A stretch of DNA of 64,000 bases from Myxococcota bacterium (lineage in GTDB: Bacteria; Myxococcota_A; UBA9160; UBA6930): the NCBI GenBank assembly GCA_965223415.1, contig OZ245002.1, positions 4,448,001 to 4,512,000 of the forward strand. The letters are read 5' to 3'. A program made the position numbers and the translations under genes. Below, piece after piece: positions 17,973 through 27,383 of the stretch. The notes below the pieces were generated by a model that worked only from the letters and a program-made list of their open reading frames with translations, made no database searches and was not told the DNA's origin. Positions within the stretch are counted from its first letter, which is position 1; the number at the start of each line of letters is the position of its first letter.

Positions 17973-20336
17973 TCAGCCGTCGGCGAAGAAATCCCGCGCC
18001 ACCTGGGCCGCGTCTCCCGCGAGCTCCTCCGGCTCCTGGCCGCCCAGCCAGGTGTCCGGCAACAGGCTGCGATAGGGCTCGCGCAGGAAGCGGCGGCCGA
18101 AGAGTGCGACCACGCCGCGGTCCTCCGGACCTCGCAGCAGGCGGCCCACCGCCTGCACGACGCGGACCATGCCGGGCACCGCGAAGGCCGCGTCCCGCCC
18201 CTCGCCGAGCCGCTCCTCCAGGTGCTCGGCGAGCAGCCGGCGCTCGAGCGTGGGGGGCGGCAGGCAGGGCCCCACGACCGCGACCGCCTGGAGCCGGTCT
18301 CCCGGGTAGTCGACGCCCTCGGTGTACAGGCCTCCCGCGACGGCGAGCAGGAGCACGTCGCGTCGCACTTCGAGCAGCGCCAGGCGGGCGCTGCGTTCGG
18401 CCTCGCCGTCGCGGGGCGACTGGGCCTCGACGTAGCCCCCGTGCTCCGGCAGCGCGCGCCGGATCTCGGCGAGCACCTCGTGGCTCGGCAGGACGGCGAG
18501 GATGTTGCCCGGGACCGCAGCCGCGAAGCCGGCGAGCCGTTCGGCGATGCGCGGGAGCTGGCGGGCGCGGGCCCGGAACGAGGTGTCGACAGTGGGGTCG
18601 ATCACGACCCGCTGGCGGTCTTCCGGGGGCGGGCCCGGCACGTGGACGACGTGGGTGCGGTCCGGATCCAGCCCGAGGCCGTCCCGGTGGAGCGCCGCCG
18701 GCTCGAGGGTGGCGGAGAGACCGATCAGTGCGTGGAGCCCGGCGAAGCGGTCGCGCAGCCGCGGGGACGGGTCCAGCTCGAGCCGGCGCAGCGCTGGCTC
18801 CCCGCCTTCGAGGCGGCCGACGAGCGTGACACAGCCCGGTCGCGCCCGGCCTTCGGCGAGCTGCGCCACACCGAGGGCCAGCTCCACGAACGGATCCGGC
18901 CCGCCGTCGAAGCCTTCGGTGCCGGAACGGATCAGGCTCTGCACCACCACCGGCTCCAGCTCCTCGGCGAGGCGAGCCAGCGCTTCGTGAGGGTGGGCGT
19001 GGAGCACCCAGCCGCTGCCTCCCTCCAGGCCGGCGTCCCGGGCGCTCTCCTCGAGCAGGTTCAGCGCCCTCTCGGCGAGCTCGCGCTGGGCGCGGTGGTG
19101 GGGATCGCTTCCGAGTGCCGCGCGCTCGAGCGCCGCGCGGGCCCGGCCGGCGTCGAGGGTGAGGCTCCCCGCTTCGCGCGCCCGCTCGAGCAGGTTGTGG
19201 ATTTCGTCCACGACGACGATGGCGCCCTCGAAGACGTCTTCGCCCGCATGGCTGCGGAGCGGGTTCGGACTCACGAGGTGGTGGACGTCGGCGACGCTGA
19301 TCGGCATCCGTTCGCCCGCCGTGTGGGCGAGGCCGTAGGGGCACACCCGCTCGCGGGTGCCGCGCTCGAGCAGGGTCTCTCCCTGGAGCACGCCTTCGGC
19401 GAGCAGCTCCTCCAGCACCGCTTCGCCGCGCTCGCCCGGATCGGCCGCCAGCGCACAGGCCGCCTCGTGGCACCAGACGACGCCGGTGGCGCAAAGATCG
19501 CGCTTGGCCCGGAGCTGCACGGCGAAGGGCAGGTCCGGCGGCGCCATGTGTGCCAGGGTCGCCAGGGGAAGCCGCTGCTGGGTGCGGCGGGAGGTGAGGT
19601 AGAAGACGCGTCGGTCCTGCTCCAGGGCGGCGCGGGCGACCGGCAGGAGCGTCGCGGCCGTCTTGCCGGTGCCGGTCGGCGCCTGCAGGAGCAGGTGCTC
19701 GCCGTGCTCCAGGGCGTGCAGGGCGGCGCGGCGCATCTCTTCCTGGGCGGGGCGCCAGGTCGGGTGGGGCGGTGTCAGGCGGCCGGCCGCCTCGCGACGC
19801 TGGGCGAGGCGCGCGGAGCGGGCCTCGACCGCGGCGAGGACGTGGTCCAGGCGGTCGCGCAGGCGGGCCTCGGTCTCGGCCTCGCTCCAGGTGAGCGGGA
19901 TCCGGCTCGGCGCGTCGTCTTCGAGGGGCCACCAGACCAGGCAGGCCTCGGTGCGCCGTCCCGTCTCGCGGGCCAGCATCCACGCGTAGGTGGCGGCCTG
20001 GAGCGCGTAGGCCTGGGCCTTGGGGCCGCCGGGCTCGAGCTTGCCGATCCCGGTCTTCACCTCCTCGACGAGGAGCGGTGTCTCCTCCGCGCCCGCGAGG
20101 CCCTGGACCCCGTCCGCCCGACCGCGCAGCTCGACCGTCCAGCCCCGGTGCAGGAGCTCCGCGCGGAGGGGATGCTCCGCCCGGTAGGTCGGGTCCTCGC
20201 CGAGCCGGAGGTCCTGGTAGCGGCGGTGTCGCGACGCGCCGAGGGCGCCGCCGAACGGGCTCGGTGCGCCGCCGCGCCCGGAGAGCGGCGCGCGCACCAG
20301 GGACCCGAGCGCCAGCTCGGTGACGGCCAGCTCCAC
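17973..20336 (-). CDS. Rad3/DinG-like Fe-S DNA helicase with N-terminal PD-(D/E)xK nuclease-like domain (start uncertain)
   Basis: LRGRADG...VEEVKT...QAATY; APTGTGKT; Cys cluster LC..WC..AC...VCPY; VDEIHNL; SATL; QAVGRLLR. Confidence 0.88.
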   Translation of the reverse strand: MELAVTELALGSLVRAPLSGRGGAPSPFGGALGASRHRRYQDLRLGEDPTYRAEHPLRAELLHRGWTVELRGRADGVQGLAGAEETPLLVEEVKTGIGKLEPGGPKAQAYALQAATYAWMLARETGRRTEACLVWWPLEDDAPSRIPLTWSEAETEARLRDRLDHVLAAVEARSARLAQRREAAGRLTPPHPTWRPAQEEMRRAALHALEHGEHLLLQAPTGTGKTAATLLPVARAALEQDRRVFYLTSRRTQQRLPLATLAHMAPPDLPFAVQLRAKRDLCATGVVWCHEAACALAADPGERGEAVLEELLAEGVLQGETLLERGTRERVCPYGLAHTAGERMPISVADVHHLVSPNPLRSHAGEDVFEGAIVVVDEIHNLLERAREAGSLTLDAGRARAALERAALGSDPHHRAQRELAERALNLLEESARDAGLEGGSGWVLHAHPHEALARLAEELEPVVVQSLIRSGTEGFDGGPDPFVELALGVAQLAEGRARPGCVTLVGRLEGGEPALRRLELDPSPRLRDRFAGLHALIGLSATLEPAALHRDGLGLDPDRTHVVHVPGPPPEDRQRVVIDPTVDTSFRARARQLPRIAERLAGFAAAVPGNILAVLPSHEVLAEIRRALPEHGGYVEAQSPRDGEAERSARLALLEVRRDVLLLAVAGGLYTEGVDYPGDRLQAVAVVGPCLPPPTLERRLLAEHLEERLGEGRDAAFAVPGMVRVVQAVGRLLRGPEDRGVVALFGRRFLREPYRSLLPDTWLGGQEPEELAGDAAQVARDFFADG

Positions 20337-20377
20337 CCGGAGAGCGGCGGGATCGGCGCGCGCGGCTCCCTCCCTTC

Positions 20378-20668
20378 TCAGTCGCTGCCGTAGGTGGTGT
20401 GCTTCGGGCGCCCGGCCAGGATGTTCTCCGCGCCCCAGCTCGTCACCTTGCGGAAGGCGTCCGACCGCACGAACTCCCGGAAGGCCTCTTCGCTCGTCCA
20501 ACGGGAGACGATCAGGTACTCCGGGTCCCCATCCTCGACGTTGCGGAAGATCTTCGATTCCTCGTGCCCCCCTGCATCGCGGAGGGCGCCGAGGACGCTG
20601 GCGCAGGCATTCTCGAAGACCTGCTCCTTGCCCGGCAGGACGAAGTAGTTCATGCCGATCGTAACCAA
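20378..20668 (-). CDS. Antibiotic biosynthesis monooxygenase (ABM)-family protein
   Basis: TTG start; VTIGMNYFVLPGKEQVFE...YLIVSRWTSEEAFREFVRSDAF. Confidence 0.85.
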   Translation of the reverse strand: MVTIGMNYFVLPGKEQVFENACASVLGALRDAGGHEESKIFRNVEDGDPEYLIVSRWTSEEAFREFVRSDAFRKVTSWGAENILAGRPKHTTYGSD

Positions 20669-20693
20669 GGTGTCGCTCTCCGCTCGGTGCCCG

Positions 20694-20942
20694 CTACGAG
20701 CCCGAGGATGCCAGGAACTTCTCGAGGGAGCGCTTGATCTGGTCGGCGCGCTCCCCCCGCCACCCGGCCAGGGTGGCCAGCACCAGGAACGCCTGCTCCC
20801 GAAGTGCGTCGGCGCCGCCGGCCTGCACGGCCTCCAGGGCCCGGGCGGCGTGCTGGCGGACGTGAGCATGGGGGCACTGGTCGCGGACCGCCACGATGGC
20901 CTCCACGACCCCGAGCACCCGGGGCTCCTGCGTTCCGTCCAT
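20694..20942 (-). CDS. Small helical hypothetical protein
   Basis: ATG 20942 after AGGAG; host codon usage; upstream of the ABM gene. Confidence 0.65.
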   Translation of the reverse strand: MDGTQEPRVLGVVEAIVAVRDQCPHAHVRQHAARALEAVQAGGADALREQAFLVLATLAGWRGERADQIKRSLEKFLASSGS

Positions 20943-21063
20943 CGCCGCCGCGTCTCCTGGCCCCGCGGGGCCCGTGGCTGGTGGGGACGACACGGTAGCG
21001 GGGCCGGGACGGGAGGGCAGGGCGCCTCATGTCCGGGAGGCGAAGACACCGCGAACAGCCTCA

Positions 21064-21100
21064 GAAACGGAAAAGCCCGCCGGAAGGCGGGCTTCGTTTC
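21064..21100 (-). terminator. Intrinsic terminator-like hairpin in a divergent intergenic region
   Basis: Minus strand AAGCCCGCC-TTCC-GGCGGGCTT followed by TTCCGTTTC; outer GAAACG/CGTTTC pairing. Confidence 0.7.
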
Positions 21101-21116
21101 GCGATGTGGTGTTCCG

Positions 21117-21144
21117 AAGATAGCATGGGTTCTCGATCTGGCAA
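21117..21144 (-). promoter_or_regulatory. Sigma70-like promoter
   Basis: TTGCCA-16-TATCTT with extended TGn. Confidence 0.55.
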
Positions 21145-21403
21145 GGCCGGGCGGACGGTTTTTCACTCGAAAGCCCGTACCCGCCCTGGAGCGCCCGAAA
21201 GCGGGGGCCGGAGGTGCCGAAACCGCCGCTCCGGGCCTCGGAACCGTGGTCCTGTGGGGCGGGTTTTCAGCGGCGAATCGGCGGGAGCCACGGCTGCGCT
21301 GGCGAAACCGAGCCGAAACTCCGGGAAGTCACCTGCGCGACGCTTGCGGCTACTCACCGGCATCACCCCGGTTGGCCCCTCAAGTGGGGCGTGGAGGCCT
21401 GCC

Positions 21404-21817
21404 ATGGACCGGAGCCCTCGAGCCATCGACTGGAACGAAGCCCAGCCCTTCCGCGCGGAGGATCTCCACGCGGACGCGTGCGGTCTGGTGCGCGACGAGT
21501 GGCCCGAGGCCCTCGAGCGGCGCGGCAGCCTGCGCCGCAGCAGCGGCCTCCCGGTGCGTGTCCTGTGGGGGCAGGAGTCGGCCTCGGCCTCGCTCGAGAA
21601 CCTCTCGCGGGGAGGGCTGGGGCTGCGCACGGACGCGGGCTTGCGGCTGGGCGCGGACGTCCGGGTCGAGCTGGAGGGCAACGCCACCATCGCCTGGGAG
21701 TGTCGGGTCGTGCAGCGCCGCGAGGTGCCCCGCAGCCTGACCGGGATGGGCTCCGGCAGCGTCGGCCTCGAGCTGAAGGAGCTCTCTCCGACGCTCGAGC
21801 TCCTGCTGCGGGACTAG
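21404..21817 (+). CDS. PilZ-domain protein
   Basis: ERRGSLR (RxxxR) and ENLSRGG (NxSxxG); GGAGG SD. Confidence 0.82.
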   Translation: MDRSPRAIDWNEAQPFRAEDLHADACGLVRDEWPEALERRGSLRRSSGLPVRVLWGQESASASLENLSRGGLGLRTDAGLRLGADVRVELEGNATIAWECRVVQRREVPRSLTGMGSGSVGLELKELSPTLELLLRD

Positions 21818-21862
21818 AGCGAAGCGCCTCGCCGGCGTGCTTCCCTCTGCGCAGGAGGTGCC

Positions 21863-22372
21863 ATGCCGGACACGACCCTCGACGACCTGCTCGCCAAGGA
21901 CGCCATCCACACGGTGGTCCAGAACCTGGCACGCGGAACCGACCGCCTGGACCGCGCGCTCATCGCCTCCTGCTACCACGACGATGCCTTCGACGACCAC
22001 GGCGCCTTCCAGGGCAGCGGCGACGCGTTCGCGGACTGGGTGCTCGAGGTGCTGCCCCACTTCGCCGCGACCACCCACTTCGTGGGGGCGCCGCGCATCG
22101 AGCTGGCCGGGGACCGCGCGGACGTGGAGACGACCTGCGTCGCCCATCACGTGTCGGCGCCGGACGAGGACGGTGCAGTGAGCGACCTGGTGATCGGCCT
22201 TCGTTATGCCGATCGCTTCGAGCGAAGGGCCGTCGGTTGGCGCATCGCCCGCCGCACCTGCGTGTTCGACTGGACCCATACGGTGCAGACCGCCGGGGAC
22301 GATCGCTTTCCCTTCACCGAGAGCTACGTGCTCGGGCGACGGTACCCGGAAGATGCCTCCTACCGGCGGTAG
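21863..22372 (+). CDS. SnoaL/NTF2-like protein
   Basis: ARGTDRLD...YHDDAFDDHG...RYADRFERR..WRIARR. Confidence 0.88.
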   Translation: MPDTTLDDLLAKDAIHTVVQNLARGTDRLDRALIASCYHDDAFDDHGAFQGSGDAFADWVLEVLPHFAATTHFVGAPRIELAGDRADVETTCVAHHVSAPDEDGAVSDLVIGLRYADRFERRAVGWRIARRTCVFDWTHTVQTAGDDRFPFTESYVLGRRYPEDASYRR

Positions 22373-23553
22373 CGCCGCAGGTAGGCCTCCCGGCGGCGGG
22401 TCAGGCGTTGCTTCCGCTCCTGCGGGTCGACCCGCGCCGCCTCCCGGTGGAGCTCGCCGGGAAGGCCGGCGCGCTTCACCGCGCGATAGCGCGGCTCGAT
22501 CGCCGCCTCCGCGTCCACGAAGCGCGCGATCAGCGTGCCCTTGCGGTGGCCCGCCGTGTCGAGCCAGTTCGCGACGCCCGGGTCGTCGTGGCTGATCACG
22601 GCCCGGAACACCCCGTCCGGGTCGAGGGCCGCCTGGTGTCCGTTCAGGGAGGACTGCCGGCCGGCGGGATCGATCGCCTCCCACCACCAGGTGGCGAGGG
22701 ACACGCTCCAGTAGCGGCAGGGCGGCGGGGTGAACTCGAGGACGACCGCCTCGTCGGGGCCGCAGTGGAAGTTGCCCATTCCGTAGGACTGACCGGCGGT
22801 GCCCGAGTGCTCGCCGCTGCGCTCCGGCGGCACGACGAGCATCGAGTTGGGCTCGCGGCCGACCATCACCCGGCTCATGTTCTCCCAGAGCTGGCCGCCT
22901 TCGTCGAGCCAGCGCCGCAGCCGGTCGATGCGCCGGGCCATCGCGTCGGGATCGGGGCGGGGAGGACTCACCGGCGCGCCGAGGCGCTCGATCAGGAAGG
23001 TGCCGGGCTGCTCGCGCTCCCAGTCCGCGAAGAGCTGGCGGAGTAGCACGAACTCGGCGCCCTCGCCGAGGGGCAGCCAGTTGCCCGCCCGCTCCGGACC
23101 GCCCAGGAAGATCTCGATCCGCCCGTCCGGCGCGACCTCGAGCTGCGGGAGGTTCAGGGATCCCAGGGTGCGCACCGCCTCGACCGCACCGTAGGCGTAG
23201 TGGCCGGCGTTCACCTGCACGTCGAGATGGCAGGCGCTGCCGAGCTCGCCGTGGATGCGGTAGGCGGCGTCGCCTCGCAGCGGGGCAATGAGGTAGAGGC
23301 AGTCCGGGTTGTCGAGGCCCCAGCGCTCGTTCAGGTCCATCATGCGCCCGAACTCCGGGTGGTCCGGGTCCGAGTGCTCGACGCAGGCGTTGATGCCGGC
23401 GGCCAGGAAGCGCAGCAGGTAGCGGAAGCCCTCGGCCCGGTCCTTGGGACCGTCGGGCACGCCGTCGCCCAGGACGAAGCGGCGCGCGTCCTCGAGGGTG
23501 GCGCACAGCTCGCTCCAGATCTCGCCACTCGTGACGCGCGGGTCGTCGGACAC
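22360..23553 (-). CDS. DUF1214-domain protein
   Basis: RAEGFRYLLR, WGLDNPDCLY, CRYWSVSL, DPGVANWLDTAG. Confidence 0.82.
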   Translation of the reverse strand: MSDDPRVTSGEIWSELCATLEDARRFVLGDGVPDGPKDRAEGFRYLLRFLAAGINACVEHSDPDHPEFGRMMDLNERWGLDNPDCLYLIAPLRGDAAYRIHGELGSACHLDVQVNAGHYAYGAVEAVRTLGSLNLPQLEVAPDGRIEIFLGGPERAGNWLPLGEGAEFVLLRQLFADWEREQPGTFLIERLGAPVSPPRPDPDAMARRIDRLRRWLDEGGQLWENMSRVMVGREPNSMLVVPPERSGEHSGTAGQSYGMGNFHCGPDEAVVLEFTPPPCRYWSVSLATWWWEAIDPAGRQSSLNGHQAALDPDGVFRAVISHDDPGVANWLDTAGHRKGTLIARFVDAEAAIEPRYRAVKRAGLPGELHREAARVDPQERKQRLTRRREAYLRRYRR

Positions 23554-23585
23554 GGCTCTTCCTCCGGCGGTAGGATACTCGCGTC

Positions 23586-24545
23586 ATGCACCGATTCATC
23601 GTCGGCACCGGCCGCTGCGGCTCGACCCTGCTCTCGCGCATGCTGGCGTGCCACCCGGGCGCCCTCTCGATCTTCGAGTTCTTCAACGGGCTAGACGGGG
23701 CCCGGCGGTTCGCCACCGAGCCGATGACGGGCTCCGACTACGCCGCGCTGATCAGCGGCGAGCAGCCCTTCCTCACCATGGTCTACGAGCGCGGCTACGA
23801 CGCGCCGGAGGTCCTCTATCCCTTCGACGCCCCCGATGCGCGCTACGGGCGCAAGGACGGGCTGCCTTGGATCCTGGTGTGCACGCTGCCCGCCCTCACC
23901 GACGAGCCCCACGCGCTCCACGACGAGGTGCTGGCCTTCGCCCGGTCGCTCCCGCCGCGCCCTCCGCCGGACCATCACCGGGCGCTCTTCGACTGGCTGG
24001 CCCGGCGCTTCGGGCGCGAGGTGTGGGTCGAGCGCTCCGGCGCCTCGATCGACTACCTGGGACCGCTGAACGCCTCGTTCGAGGGCGCCCGCTTCCTGCA
24101 CATCCACCGCGCCGGCGAGGAGGCAGCGCTCTCCATGCGGGAGCACCACGCCTTCCGCCTCGCGATCCTGCTGGCGAACCAGCTGCCGCCGGATCCCGGG
24201 GCGCCGGGGGATGCCATCGGCCAGCTCCTGGCCTCCCGCCCGCCGGCCCGCTTCTTCGGGCGCTGGTGGACCGACCAGGTGCTGCGCGGCTTCCGCGCGA
24301 TGCCGGCCCTGGAGCCCACCCAGTACCAGGAGGTGCGCTTCGAGTCCCTCCTGGCCGAGCCCCACGAGACCCTGCACGCCGTCGCCACCTTCCTCGACCT
24401 GCCCGACCCGGCGGGCGCCTGGCGGGACGAAGCCGCCGCCCTGATCCGCGGTACGCCCGAGGCCCGCCTCCCCACCCTCGAGGACGACGAGCGCGGCGCC
24501 CTCGTGGACGCGTGTCGCCCGGGCAATCTCCTGCTCGGCCGCTGA
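23586..24545 (+). CDS. Sulfotransferase-family protein
   Basis: VGTGRCGSTLL PAPS-binding loop; ARFLHIHR; EVRFESLL. Confidence 0.85.
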   Translation: MHRFIVGTGRCGSTLLSRMLACHPGALSIFEFFNGLDGARRFATEPMTGSDYAALISGEQPFLTMVYERGYDAPEVLYPFDAPDARYGRKDGLPWILVCTLPALTDEPHALHDEVLAFARSLPPRPPPDHHRALFDWLARRFGREVWVERSGASIDYLGPLNASFEGARFLHIHRAGEEAALSMREHHAFRLAILLANQLPPDPGAPGDAIGQLLASRPPARFFGRWWTDQVLRGFRAMPALEPTQYQEVRFESLLAEPHETLHAVATFLDLPDPAGAWRDEAAALIRGTPEARLPTLEDDERGALVDACRPGNLLLGR

Positions 24546-24563
24546 GCGGCTAGCATCGCCGCC

Positions 24564-26576
24564 ATGGCCGACGGTCCCTATTCCGCGCTGCTCTCACCCG
24601 GGAGGATCGGGCGGGTCGAGCTCCGCAACCGGATCCTGATGACGCCCATGGGCACGAACCAGGAGCGGGACGACGGCCGGCTCGGCGAGAGGATCCTGCG
24701 CTACTACGAGGAGCGCGCGAAGGGTGGGGTGGGCTGCGTCATCGCTGGCGTGGCGGCAATCACCTGGCCCGAGGGCGCCTGCAACCCGAACCAGGCGGCG
24801 ATCTCCGACGATCGCTTCCTTCCCGAGTGGGCCGAGCTGGCCCGCCGCGTCCACAGCCATGGCGCGAAGCTCGCCGTGCAGCTCCAGCACGCGAGCAAGG
24901 TCGCGCAGGAGGACGTGAAGGCCGGCCGGCCCCTGTGGGTGCCCTCGGTCCCGGAGTCCAAGCGCGGCGACCTGATGGCGGACCTCTCCCCCACCGAGCT
25001 CGCCAAGGCCACCTCCGCCTACCGCGCGCCCACCGCGAAGCTCGCCTACCACGAGATGACCGAGGACGACGTCGCCACCCTCGTGCTGCGCTTCGCCGAG
25101 GCGGCGGAGCGCGCCCAGCGGGCCGGCGCCGACGCGGTCGAGCTCCACGCGGGCCATGGCTACGTGCTGTCGTCCTTCCTCTCGCCCGCCTCGAACCGGA
25201 GAGGGGATCGCTACGGCGGCTCCGTCCCGAACCGTGCGCGCTTCCTCGTGGAGACGATCCGTGCGACCCGCGAGCGGGTCGGCCCCGCGCTGGCGATCTG
25301 GTGCCGCATCGACGGCTGTGAGTTCGGCATCGAGGGGGGCATTCGCGAGGAGGACGCCCAGCGTACCGCCGTGCTGGCGGAAGAGGCCGGCGCCGACGCC
25401 GTCCACGTGAGTGCCTACGCGGATCCCACCTCCGCCATCGCCTTCACCGACGCACCCCTCGTGCACGAGCCGAGCCGCTACCTGCCCATGGCCGAGGCGA
25501 TCCGGAAACGCCTCTCCATCCCCGTGATCGCCGTGGGCCGCATCACTCCGGATGCGGCCGAGGAGGCCCTTCGCGCCGGGCGGGCGGACTTCGTCGCGAT
25601 GGGCCGTGCGCTCCTCGCCGACCCGGGGCTCCCGAGCAAGCTCGCGGCCGGCGCGGCGGACCGGGCCCGGCCCTGCGTGTACGCCTATCAATGCGTCGGC
25701 AACGTGTTCCTGCGCGAGCCGGCGCGCTGCATGATCAGCCCCGAGCTGGGGCGCGAAGAAGAGCTGGCGATCCGGCCCGCAGCCGAGCGCCGGCGCATCG
25801 CGGTAGCGGGCGGCGGGCCGGTCGGCCTCGACTTCGCGCGACGCGCCGCCGCCCGCGGTCACGAGGTGACGCTCTTCGAACAGGAAACGGAGCTCGGCGG
25901 CCGGGCCCGGCTGGCGGCGGCGCTGGCGGAGGAGACCGCCGACTGGCTGCACTGGCTCGAGAGCGAGGCGCGCCGGGCGGGCGTCGACATCCATGTGGGC
26001 CGGGAGGCCACGCCAGAGACACTCCGCACCCTGGCGCCCGACGAGGTCGTGGTCGCCACCGGCGCACGTCGGGCGACCCGGCTGCCTCGAGGCGAAGGGG
26101 CGCCGGAGCAGCTCGCCGTCGAGGCCCTGCCCGACGTCCTGGCGCGGAATCCGCTCCGGGTCGCGGTGCTCGGTGACGACGTCATCGCGGTGAAGGCCGC
26201 GGAGGCGCTGGCGACCGGGGGGCACCACGTGCTGCTGCTGGGAGACGCACCGGACGGCGCCTGGGCGCCCCAGGTGGGGCTCCCGCGCCGCTGGCGCGCC
26301 TTGCACCTGCTGCGCGGGGCGGGCGCCGAGCTGGTGCTCGCCTCCGGTCCGGTGCGCGCCGAGCAGGGCGCCGTCCACTTCGCACCGGAGGGCGGCGCGC
26401 CCGAGCGCCGCGCCGTCGATCTCGTGCTGGCGGCGAACGGACTCACCGCCGCCGACCCCGTGGCCGCGGCCCTCGAGGCGGAAGGCATCTCGCCCCACCG
26501 CCTCGGCGATTGCCGCGGCCCCGTCTATCTCCAACGCGGGCTGCTCGAGGGCGCCCGCCTCGCGCAGGCCCTGTAG
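24564..26576 (+). CDS. NADH:flavin oxidoreductase (OYE / 2,4-dienoyl-CoA reductase-like)
   Basis: LRNRILMTPM, ELHAGHGY, NRRGDRYGGS, GRALLADP, GGGPVG. Confidence 0.92.
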   Translation: MADGPYSALLSPGRIGRVELRNRILMTPMGTNQERDDGRLGERILRYYEERAKGGVGCVIAGVAAITWPEGACNPNQAAISDDRFLPEWAELARRVHSHGAKLAVQLQHASKVAQEDVKAGRPLWVPSVPESKRGDLMADLSPTELAKATSAYRAPTAKLAYHEMTEDDVATLVLRFAEAAERAQRAGADAVELHAGHGYVLSSFLSPASNRRGDRYGGSVPNRARFLVETIRATRERVGPALAIWCRIDGCEFGIEGGIREEDAQRTAVLAEEAGADAVHVSAYADPTSAIAFTDAPLVHEPSRYLPMAEAIRKRLSIPVIAVGRITPDAAEEALRAGRADFVAMGRALLADPGLPSKLAAGAADRARPCVYAYQCVGNVFLREPARCMISPELGREEELAIRPAAERRRIAVAGGGPVGLDFARRAAARGHEVTLFEQETELGGRARLAAALAEETADWLHWLESEARRAGVDIHVGREATPETLRTLAPDEVVVATGARRATRLPRGEGAPEQLAVEALPDVLARNPLRVAVLGDDVIAVKAAEALATGGHHVLLLGDAPDGAWAPQVGLPRRWRALHLLRGAGAELVLASGPVRAEQGAVHFAPEGGAPERRAVDLVLAANGLTAADPVAAALEAEGISPHRLGDCRGPVYLQRGLLEGARLAQAL

Positions 26577-26589
26577 CCAAGGGGGAACG

Positions 26590-27345
26590 ATGACCGCCGA
26601 CACCGCACCTCCGGACCTCGACAGCGCCCGGGACTGGCGCCTGCGTCTCAGCATGGGCGTCACCATCGTCTGGCTCGTGATCGGCGCCTCCTACATCACC
26701 GCGATCGTCGGCTGGCCCAACTTCATCCAGCAGCGCGCCCCGGAGATGGGCGGCTTCCTCGAGGGCGCCTTCGCGCCCCTCGCCTTCCTGTGGCTCGTGG
26801 TCGGCTTCTTCCTCCAGCAGCAGCAGCTCGAGCAGAACACCGCGTCGATCCGCGCCCAGCTCGTCGAGATGCGCCGCGCCGCCGAGCAGGCCGAGGTGCA
26901 GTCCCGCGCCATCGAGGCCGACGAGCTCCACAGCCGCCAGGACACCTTCCTGCGCGTCGCCGACATGGTGAACGAGCAGCTGGGCACCATCGCCGGCTTC
27001 CTCGTCACCTCCAAGCTCATCGAGCTGCCGGGCGGGGTGGAGGGGAACGGCGGCAGCGACCTCTGGCGAGAGATGGGCCAGGGCGACTACTCCGCCTTCG
27101 ACCGCAAGATGTTCTCGATGGTCTACGGCGGCGTGATCGAGTCCGCCGATTTCTTCTGGGGCACCGAGGTGCGCAGCAACCACACCCGCGGCTTCATTCG
27201 CACCTTCGAGCGCCTGCTCGAGCACGCCGGCCGCTGCGACCCGGACGGCATCATCGCCGACGCCATCCGCGACGGCTCCCACGGCCGCATCTACCGCATG
27301 ATGGTGGACGCGCGGAGCGAGGCGCGGGGAGACGTGGAGGCCTAG
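26590..27345 (+). CDS. Hypothetical membrane protein (2 TM plus coiled coil)
   Basis: GGFLEGAFAPLAFLWLVVGFFLQ; strong host codon bias; GGGGG SD. Confidence 0.8.
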   Translation: MTADTAPPDLDSARDWRLRLSMGVTIVWLVIGASYITAIVGWPNFIQQRAPEMGGFLEGAFAPLAFLWLVVGFFLQQQQLEQNTASIRAQLVEMRRAAEQAEVQSRAIEADELHSRQDTFLRVADMVNEQLGTIAGFLVTSKLIELPGGVEGNGGSDLWREMGQGDYSAFDRKMFSMVYGGVIESADFFWGTEVRSNHTRGFIRTFERLLEHAGRCDPDGIIADAIRDGSHGRIYRMMVDARSEARGDVEA

Positions 27346-27383
27346 GCCGGAAACGCAGCGCGGGGCTAGAGCCCGAGCCCTAA

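Noticed and set aside
19950..20336. Cas4/CasDinG of a type IV CRISPR system
   Set aside because: No array or other cas genes; the Cas4 Cys cluster is not evident; a stand-alone nuclease-helicase fusion explains it.
21150..21400. c-di-GMP riboswitch upstream of the PilZ gene
   Set aside because: GAAA-containing hairpins exist, but I could not match the GEMM core architecture by eye; an Infernal search would decide.
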